Assembly: GCA_902510655.1 (NCBI GenBank)
Contig: CABXBY010000001.1
Span: 29,398 to 93,397, forward strand
Length of the DNA: 64,000 bases
DNA from: an uncultured Bacteroidota bacterium
Lineage (GTDB): Bacteria; Bacteroidota; Bacteroidia; Flavobacteriales; Flavobacteriaceae
Reading direction: 5' to 3'
In this document: piece after piece, positions 53,287 to 60,386 of the stretch
Numbering within the stretch: the first letter of the stretch is position 1
How the letters are laid out: every line of letters begins with the position of its first letter
The notes under the pieces: generated by a model
The model's database searches: none
What the model was told of the DNA's origin: nothing
Seen by the model: the letters and a program-made list of their open reading frames with translations, nothing else
Program-made: the position numbers and the translations under genes

Positions 53287-54015
53287 ATGAACGTATTTAA
53301 TAATAGGTTTTTTCTAAACCATTTGAAGGACAAGGATTTAATAAGTTATAATGCTAATTCTTTGTGTGATGTTAAACAAGAAAAGTTAAACCATATTTTT
53401 AGGACGAACGATGTGTCTTATATTCCTATAATAAGGAGAGATTCTGAATGTTTAGGTGTTGTTAGTAGAAAAAAATATTTTTTTTCTATTCTAGATAATA
53501 AAAAGTTTGATATTAAATCTTTAATTATTGAAATGCAAGAGGTTGATAAGGAGGATTCTCTAGAAAAAACTCTTTTAAAACTTAAAAATGAGTCAGGTCT
53601 TTTATTAAAGATTGATGGTAAGATTAGAAAATTTATTTCTCCTCGGGTAGTTTCTAATGCATTTGCAACTTACTCATATAGATATATGATGATTGAAAAA
53701 GTTGAGATTGCTATTAGAAAATATATTATTAAAAATAACATTGATTTTATTGAATTATTGAAAGAAAAAAAATTAGACAAAAAATTTAATAATAAAGAGA
53801 AGGAATTAGATGACCTTTTTTTCTTTGATTATTTGATAATCTTTGGAAGCGCTTGGGAAACTTTGGATTTATTTAAAAATAATTTAGCTGATAAAAAAAT
53901 GTTTTTATCTGATTTATCACAAATTGCTCAAGTTAGAAATGATCTTTTACATTTTAGAAATAATTTAGAATTTGAGGAAAATATTTTTAAAAATATCCTC
54001 AAGTTTTTGAAATAA
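53287..54015 (+). CDS. CBS-like domain(s) fused to Swt1-like HEPN domain
   Basis: N-terminal NDVSYIPII...CLGVVSRK and VDKEDSLEKTL...GLLL...GKIRKFISP are CBS-like. C-terminal VEIAIRKYI...LDDLFFFDY...AW...VRNDLLH carries RxxxxH. Confidence 0.68.
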   Translation: MNVFNNRFFLNHLKDKDLISYNANSLCDVKQEKLNHIFRTNDVSYIPIIRRDSECLGVVSRKKYFFSILDNKKFDIKSLIIEMQEVDKEDSLEKTLLKLKNESGLLLKIDGKIRKFISPRVVSNAFATYSYRYMMIEKVEIAIRKYIIKNNIDFIELLKEKKLDKKFNNKEKELDDLFFFDYLIIFGSAWETLDLFKNNLADKKMFLSDLSQIAQVRNDLLHFRNNLEFEENIFKNILKFLK

Positions 54016-54488
54016 TGAAAAAAATAATCTTTATCGATATGGATGGTGTACTTGTAGATTTTGGAAAGCAAGTCAAGAAAGCTAGAGAAAATCCTAATTT
54101 AAGTGATAGATTAAAAAATCATCCTGATCAAATTCCAAATATTTTTAAAAACCCTCCAGTGTATGAGGGAGCAATTGAAGGTGTTAATCAGTTGTACTCT
54201 TCAAACTTGTATGATCTTTTTATTGCTACATCACCAGCTTGGTTTAATCCAATGAGTTTTACTCATAAAAGATTATGGATTGAGAAGTATTTCGGTCAAT
54301 TGTTTAAAAAAAAAATGATTATAACTCATAGAAAAGATTTACTTATTGGAGATTATTTGATTGATGATAGATTAGCCAATGGGGCTAAAGATTTCAAAGG
54401 AAAGTTATTGAGATTTGGTTATGATTATGAAAAAAAAACATGGAACGAATATCGAGATTGGGATTCGATTATTAAATATTTATTATAA
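54015..54488 (+). CDS. 5'(3')-deoxyribonucleotidase (NT5C, HAD family)
   Basis: IFIDMDGVLVDF, IATSPAW, KRLWIEKYF, THRKDLLIGDYLIDDR. Confidence 0.88.
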   Translation: MKKIIFIDMDGVLVDFGKQVKKARENPNLSDRLKNHPDQIPNIFKNPPVYEGAIEGVNQLYSSNLYDLFIATSPAWFNPMSFTHKRLWIEKYFGQLFKKKMIITHRKDLLIGDYLIDDRLANGAKDFKGKLLRFGYDYEKKTWNEYRDWDSIIKYLL

Positions 54489-54493
54489 AAACT

Positions 54494-55279
54494 ATGGAAA
54501 AATTAATTAATGAGGCTTTTAAGAGTTATTTGAAAACAGCCAAGCTAGAAAGTAATGAATCAAATATGCCTTATTACATAAACAATAGAAATATTGTTCC
54601 TGTTAAAATTAAAATTGAACAATTTCTTCATTTGATTTCAGTTGATAAAGAATTTAGAAAAAGGTGGTGGAAAACAGCTCCCTCGTTTGAAAATTTAAAG
54701 GATAATTCATTAATTCAACAGGACTCTCTGATGAAAATAATTATAGGAATTTTGAATGATCCTAATCTAAAGGAACTAAATCAACATGGAAAGAAAGGTC
54801 AAGTTTTATATCTTTTTGGAAATGCTGTTGCTTCTTACAGCAACTACAATCATTATTATTTAATCTCAAAAGAAGCTCTTTTGGTTCTTAAAAACAATGA
54901 TATTGATGTTAGTTCACCAGTTAGTAGATCTAAAATCTTCGAAATTAGACACAATAGAAAAAAACTATTAACCTTTGAACATATGTGTCCTTCATCTCAG
55001 TTAATAAAATTATTGATTGAACTTAGAGAAAATCATGAAAGTGGAAAAAATAAATCTTCGAATTTAAGTTTAAATGAAAAGATTTTAGAGAAGTTTTATA
55101 ATTATGGTTTAGTATGTATAATTACTAAAGATGAAGATATGGGATTGAAAGGAAAATTAAGAACAGATTTATCATTTAGCTCTAAAACCAGTACTTCTCA
55201 AATGTTAAATAGATATGAAAAAGCAAATATAGAATTAGCCAATACACTAATTCCAGTTTATGGAAAAATGTACAGATGA
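54494..55279 (+). CDS. Hypothetical protein with HNH-like EHxxP motif
   Basis: LTFEHMCP...VCIITKDED..L...RYEKANI suggests a divergent His-Me finger nuclease. Confidence 0.55.
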   Translation: MEKLINEAFKSYLKTAKLESNESNMPYYINNRNIVPVKIKIEQFLHLISVDKEFRKRWWKTAPSFENLKDNSLIQQDSLMKIIIGILNDPNLKELNQHGKKGQVLYLFGNAVASYSNYNHYYLISKEALLVLKNNDIDVSSPVSRSKIFEIRHNRKKLLTFEHMCPSSQLIKLLIELRENHESGKNKSSNLSLNEKILEKFYNYGLVCIITKDEDMGLKGKLRTDLSFSSKTSTSQMLNRYEKANIELANTLIPVYGKMYR

Positions 55280-56766
55280 AATATAAACTTTCCAAATCGA
55301 CTTTTATTAGAGGGCTTCAATGTGAGAAGTCACTGTATCTATACAAGAAACATTATAAATTAAAAGATCCCACTAGCCCATCATTACAAGCTGTTTTTGA
55401 CCAGGGAAATAAAATTGGTGTATTAGCTCAATCCTTATTCAAAGGAGGTGTAGATGCTTCTCCTTCAAGTCATTTTAGGATGATGGAATCCGTAACAAAA
55501 ACCAAAGCATTTTTAGGAAGTGGAGAATCCATAATTTATGAAGCTACATTCACCTACAATGAAGTATTAGCTGCACTTGATATATTGGTAAAAGATAAGG
55601 ATGGTTGGAAAGCTTACGAAGTTAAAAGCTCAACCTCTGTTTCAGAGACCTACATTAAGGATGCAGCTATTCAATATTACACAATTGTAAACTCAGGAAT
55701 CGATTTAGTTGATATTTCTGTAGTTCATATAAATAATCAATATGTCTTAGATGGAAATTTAGATATTGATCAGTTATTTACTATTGAATCAGTAAAAGAT
55801 AGAGTCTTAGATTATCTTCCTGAAATCCCTAGTGAAATCACAAGATTGAAGAACGTTATCGAACTTGATTCAGCTCCTAATATTGATATTGGATCTCATT
55901 GTAATGAACCTTATGACTGTGATTTTAAAGGAACTTGTTGGAAACATATTCCCGAGTATTCTGTATTTGATATCTCTAATCTAAACAAAAAGAAAAAGTT
56001 TGATTTTTATAATAGGGGTATTCTAACTTTAGATCAGGTAGATTTATCACAAACAAAGCTTAGTGAAAATCAAATATTACAAATTGAATCTGAAGTTGAA
56101 GGAAAGTCTTATATCAACAAAAATGAAATTGGAAATTTTTTACATAATCTTAATTACCCTTTATACTATCTAGATTTTGAAACCATTAACCCTGGTGTTC
56201 CTAAATATCAAGGTTTAAGGCCCTATCAAAATAGTATATTTCAGTATTCTCTACATGTTAAACAATCAGAACATTCAGAACTAATACATAAAGAATTCCT
56301 TGCTGATCCAATAAAAGATCCTAGGGTTGAACTTATTGAGCAGTTAATAAGTGATTGTGGACATTCAGGCGATATATTAGTTTACAACATAAGCTTTGAA
56401 AGAAGCAGATTACATGAACTAATTGAGCAATTTCCTGAACATAAAGATCCGTTACAATGCATTATAGAAAGACTTAAGGATCTTATGATACCATTTCAAA
56501 ATAAGTGGTATTATACGCCTGAAATGAGAGGCAGTTATTCTATCAAGAGTATACTTCCAGCACTTATTCCAGAACTATCATACAATGATCTTAATATTAA
56601 TGATGGTGGAACAGCATCTTCAACATTTCAATCTATGATGAATGGTAGTTTTAAAGGAGATGAATTATCAACTAGAAAAGATTTATTAGAATATTGTAAG
56701 TTGGATACATATGCTATGGTTAAAATTATAGATAAGCTGAAAAATAAAATTATTTTAAATTTTTAA
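55276..56766 (+). CDS. DUF2779-domain protein: Cas4/RecB-like PD-(D/E)xK nuclease plus RNase H-like domain
   Basis: LSKS..GLQCEK, ALDIL...YEVKSST, DAAIQYY, C-x5-C-x5-C (CNEPYDCDFKGTC). C-terminal YLDFET, YNISFE, SYSIK, YCKLDT. Confidence 0.82.
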   Translation: MKYKLSKSTFIRGLQCEKSLYLYKKHYKLKDPTSPSLQAVFDQGNKIGVLAQSLFKGGVDASPSSHFRMMESVTKTKAFLGSGESIIYEATFTYNEVLAALDILVKDKDGWKAYEVKSSTSVSETYIKDAAIQYYTIVNSGIDLVDISVVHINNQYVLDGNLDIDQLFTIESVKDRVLDYLPEIPSEITRLKNVIELDSAPNIDIGSHCNEPYDCDFKGTCWKHIPEYSVFDISNLNKKKKFDFYNRGILTLDQVDLSQTKLSENQILQIESEVEGKSYINKNEIGNFLHNLNYPLYYLDFETINPGVPKYQGLRPYQNSIFQYSLHVKQSEHSELIHKEFLADPIKDPRVELIEQLISDCGHSGDILVYNISFERSRLHELIEQFPEHKDPLQCIIERLKDLMIPFQNKWYYTPEMRGSYSIKSILPALIPELSYNDLNINDGGTASSTFQSMMNGSFKGDELSTRKDLLEYCKLDTYAMVKIIDKLKNKIILNF

Positions 56767-56850
56767 TTGGTAATACCCTACTCTAATAATATCGGTTTTC
56801 TTTTGATGGGAGGTGTTCGTATCAGTATGTATAATAGTGAGAGTCTTAGT
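56758..56850 (+). repeat. Dispersed ~93-bp direct repeat, copy 2
   Basis: AATTTTTAATTGGTAATACCCTACTCTAATAATATCGGTTTTCTTTTGATGGGAGGTGTTCG...TGTATAATAGTGAGAGTCTTAGT; supplies the stop codon of the DUF2779 gene. Confidence 0.92.
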
Positions 56851-56861
56851 TCCTTATTCTA

Positions 56862-57839
56862 TTAGTTTATCAATTTTATTCTAGTTAAATACTGATGAGA
56901 AGTCATGTACAAATATTCATATTTGTCATCAAAAGCACAATTTGCACTTCTAACTTCAATTCGAATTGTACCAATATGATTTCCGTCGCTTTTAATCAAC
57001 AAAACTCCACCAGGACCTGTTGCAAAAATAGTACCTGATGGATGTATTTTTAAACCATCAAATGCCCCAATATCTTTTTTAGATAAAACAGAGCCATCAA
57101 AAAATATTTCAGGATTTCCTACACCATAATCATTGATTTGATATTTCATAATTATAGGACTTTTTGAATCAGAATTAGCAACATATAAAGTTTTTTCATC
57201 ATTTGAAATAGCAATACCGTTGGGTCTTGATAAGTTTTTAATTAAAAGTTTTAGTTCACCATTTGGGCTAAGTCTAAAAACACCGTTGAATTGTAATTCT
57301 TTTAATTCGTCATTATCCCCATTTTTAAACCCATATGGTGGATCAGTGAAAAATAACTCGTTTTTGCTATTATATACTAAATCATTCGGGCTGTTAAACA
57401 GTTTCTTGTTGAATGATGTTGCTATAGGAATAACTTTATTGCTTTGCCAATCTTCAAGTTTTACTATTCTTCTATCACCATGCATACAGATTATTAAGTT
57501 TCCTTGCTGATCAATTGTTAAACCATTTGTACCATCTTTTTTTGAATTAGCAACAATTCCTGAGTATCCAATTTCGTTTAAAAAAACATCCAAACCATTT
57601 AGTTCATCCCATTTATAAATAACATTATTAGGAACATCAGAAAAAAGAACAGCATTTAGTTTTTTAGACCATACTGGACCTTCTGACCAACTAAACCCTT
57701 TTGCAATAATTTCAATTTTTGAATCTTTAGAAATAAAATCATCTATTTCATTTGATATTCTTTCAACAGAACCAATAAAATCATATTGCCCAAAAGAAAC
57801 AAGTGGAATATACAGTAATAGTAGTATTAGCTTTTTCAT
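56862..57839 (-). CDS. SMP-30/gluconolactonase family protein (secreted)
   Basis: WSEGPVW, FSDVPNN, NGL, FNSPNDL, FTDPPYG, PNGIA, DGLK, ATGPGGV. Confidence 0.92.
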   Translation of the reverse strand: MKKLILLLLYIPLVSFGQYDFIGSVERISNEIDDFISKDSKIEIIAKGFSWSEGPVWSKKLNAVLFSDVPNNVIYKWDELNGLDVFLNEIGYSGIVANSKKDGTNGLTIDQQGNLIICMHGDRRIVKLEDWQSNKVIPIATSFNKKLFNSPNDLVYNSKNELFFTDPPYGFKNGDNDELKELQFNGVFRLSPNGELKLLIKNLSRPNGIAISNDEKTLYVANSDSKSPIIMKYQINDYGVGNPEIFFDGSVLSKKDIGAFDGLKIHPSGTIFATGPGGVLLIKSDGNHIGTIRIEVRSANCAFDDKYEYLYMTSHQYLTRIKLIN

Positions 57840-57917
57840 TTTTTATTTTTAATTAAATATGTCCTGATATAACAGCAATTAATCCAGGAAAATGCTAAAT
57901 TCTAAAGTGAGAATTTT

Positions 57918-58886
57918 TTATAGATTTTTTATATAGCTTATTAATCCATTAAAATAATTTTCTGAATCATCCCACATTGCCATATGACTTCCGTTTGGAC
58001 AGTGCAAGTATGATCCGTTCTGAACTTCGTTAGCCATCCATTCCATTTGTTTTGGATCCATAGTATCGTATTCTGCTCCAATGGATAGAAAAGGAACATT
58101 TATTTTATTTAACTCTTGGGTTACATCCCAATCTTTTAAGCTCGCGTTTCCAACTATTCCAAATTCGGATGGACCTTGCATTTTTAAATATATTGGAAAA
58201 TTAATTTCTGCAAATGCATTAGAAACATCTTCAGGCCAATCTTCGGCAGGTATTCTTAAGACATGTTCAGGATAGTAATTGTCATGAATTAATTTTAGAT
58301 AATTTTCATTTGTGTAATCTTCGACTGCTTCATATGATCGAATTTCTTTTAATATTTCTGGATCTAGTTTAAGAGCTAGTACATTTTTAGCATAATCATT
58401 ATAATCAGGAACAGATGGCACCATATTGGAAACTATCAAAGCTTTGAGGTTTTGTTGATATTTTAAAGCATATTCTATTCCCAGAATACCTCCCCAGGAG
58501 TGACCCAACAATATGAAGTTATCTTTATTTAACCCTAATGCTTTTCTAACCTGTTCAACTTCCTCAACATAATGATCTATTGTCCATAAATTATCGATTT
58601 GTGGATTATCACTTAACGTAGAACCTAATTGATCATAGTAGTAGTATTCTATTTCTTCACCTGGAAAATAAGATTCAAATCCTTTAAAATATTGGTGATT
58701 AGCTCCTGGACCCCCATGGAGTAATAAAACTTTTTTAGACGGATTATTGCCAATACGTTTTGTCCACACATTAAAATCACCATATTCTGTTGAGATTGGA
58801 ATCATTTTAATTGGATCAGTATTTTTTTCGTTGCAAGAAGTAAAAAAGATAAGTAAAATCAATAAAGTTGTTGATGTAGCTTTCAT
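57918..58886 (-). CDS. Proline iminopeptidase family alpha/beta hydrolase (lipoprotein)
   Basis: Lipobox FTSC, LLHGGPG, YDQLG, GHSWGG, NGSHMAMWD. Confidence 0.9.
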   Translation of the reverse strand: MKATSTTLLILLIFFTSCNEKNTDPIKMIPISTEYGDFNVWTKRIGNNPSKKVLLLHGGPGANHQYFKGFESYFPGEEIEYYYYDQLGSTLSDNPQIDNLWTIDHYVEEVEQVRKALGLNKDNFILLGHSWGGILGIEYALKYQQNLKALIVSNMVPSVPDYNDYAKNVLALKLDPEILKEIRSYEAVEDYTNENYLKLIHDNYYPEHVLRIPAEDWPEDVSNAFAEINFPIYLKMQGPSEFGIVGNASLKDWDVTQELNKINVPFLSIGAEYDTMDPKQMEWMANEVQNGSYLHCPNGSHMAMWDDSENYFNGLISYIKNL

Positions 58887-58942
58887 AGAATTATTTTAAA
58901 AATTTAGTGAACTAACTGCAATTTAATAAATTAAAACTTATG

Positions 58943-59047
58943 AATTTTAATTGGTTCTACCCTACTTTAATAATATCGATTTTCTTTGGAAGAGAGGTGT
59001 TTGTATATTGATATGTAAGAGTAAGAGTAAGATTATGAGTGCCTTAA
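58943..59047 (+). repeat. Dispersed direct repeat, copy 3 (more diverged, with AGTAAG expansion)
   Basis: AATTTTAATTGGTTCTACCCTACTTTAATAATATCGATTTTCTTTGGAAGAGAGGTGTTTGTAT...AGAGTAAGAGTAAG...GAGTGCCTTAA. Confidence 0.85.
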
Positions 59048-59056
59048 TTAAGTGAA

Positions 59057-60358
59057 TTATAAATTTTTATAAACTCTGGAACCATACCAAGCAACATAAA
59101 AAAAGCATAATAAAGGAAGAATAAATGAAAAATTAATTTCAGATATTCCTAAAATTTGAATATCGTTTACACCTCTTCCCCCAGCATCTATAACAATTCC
59201 TTGAACTTTTGGTAATAAAGCACTACCAACAATAGCCATAACTAATCCAGCGGAACCAATTTTAGATTGTTCCTCTGTAAGATTACCAAGAGCAATACCA
59301 TAAATTGTTGGAAACATCAAAGAAAGAAAAAATGAAACTGCTACTAAACAATACAAACCAATAACACCATTAATAAGAATAGTTCCTAAGACAAACAACA
59401 TAGCTAATAAAGCAAAAGACATTAATAGTTTTCCTGAATTTATAAATCTTAGTAAATATGTGCCTACAGCTCGGCCAATTGCAAAAAGAACAAAAGCTAC
59501 CATTTGGTAGTATCCAGTTGTTACACTATCCATTCCAAAACCCTCTGCATATTGATAGATATAAGTCCAACACATTACCATACCACCTACATTTAAAAAT
59601 TGAGCCAATACACCCAATACATAATTACTGTCTTTAGCTAAAGTTGAAAATGTATTACTAATACTTGGCATCCCATTTTCATCTTTAAAATGTGGCATTT
59701 TGATAGTTGCAAATAATATAAAAACTACTATAATTACTAAACCTAAAACAACATAAGGATCTCTAATGACTAATAAATCAGATGTTTTTATTAGAATTTT
59801 AGAAGCTTCATCTAAAGTGCTAAAATCTGAAATATCATCTGATTGCAAATTTTTAAGAACAAATTGTTGAGCTACAAGTAGTCCTGCAATAAGTCCTAAA
59901 GGATTGAAGGCCTGTGCTAAATTTAAGCGTTGAGTCGCAGTTTCTTTATCTCCTAAGGACAGTATATATGGATTTGCTGCTGTTTCCAAAAACGCTAGTC
60001 CAAATGTTAATATATAAAGTGCCAAACAAAAAAACCAAAACTTTTCATTTAATGCAGCTGGATAAAATAATAACGCCCCGGTAGCATATAAACCTAATCC
60101 TATCAAAATACAAGTTTTATAAGAATATTTTCTCATTAACATAGCTGCAGGTAATGCCATACAAAAATAACCTCCGTAAAATGCCATTTGTACCCAAGCT
60201 GCTTGAGAATTTGTTAACTCTAACACCTTTTTAAATGCTTGAACCATTGGATCTGTTACCGCATTAGCAAACCCCCACAATACAAAAAGAGATGTTACCA
60301 AAACAAATGGAATTAATAATTTTTTTGAAACTACTTTTGGTTTACTGAGTTTATTCAT
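59057..60358 (-). CDS. fucP: FucP-family MFS sugar:H+ symporter
   Basis: LFVLWGFAN, QMAFYGGYF, LETAANPY, RLNLAQAFNPLG, SLMFPTIY, MAIVG. Confidence 0.88.
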   Translation of the reverse strand: MNKLSKPKVVSKKLLIPFVLVTSLFVLWGFANAVTDPMVQAFKKVLELTNSQAAWVQMAFYGGYFCMALPAAMLMRKYSYKTCILIGLGLYATGALLFYPAALNEKFWFFCLALYILTFGLAFLETAANPYILSLGDKETATQRLNLAQAFNPLGLIAGLLVAQQFVLKNLQSDDISDFSTLDEASKILIKTSDLLVIRDPYVVLGLVIIVVFILFATIKMPHFKDENGMPSISNTFSTLAKDSNYVLGVLAQFLNVGGMVMCWTYIYQYAEGFGMDSVTTGYYQMVAFVLFAIGRAVGTYLLRFINSGKLLMSFALLAMLFVLGTILINGVIGLYCLVAVSFFLSLMFPTIYGIALGNLTEEQSKIGSAGLVMAIVGSALLPKVQGIVIDAGGRGVNDIQILGISEINFSFILPLLCFFYVAWYGSRVYKNL

Positions 60359-60386
60359 TTAATAAAAGATTTAAAACGGTTATTAG

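Noticed and set aside
57845..57915. Possible gene remnant (FPGLIAVISGHI*) or weak TCCTG/CAGGA hairpin between the two hydrolase genes
   Set aside because: Too short and weak to distinguish from chance.
50903..59047. Repeat interpreted as a CRISPR array, integron attC sites or a dif site
   Set aside because: Spacing is kb-scale with genes between copies, there is no strong palindrome or attC R boxes, no cas or intI genes, and no match to the XerD arm TTATGTTAAA.
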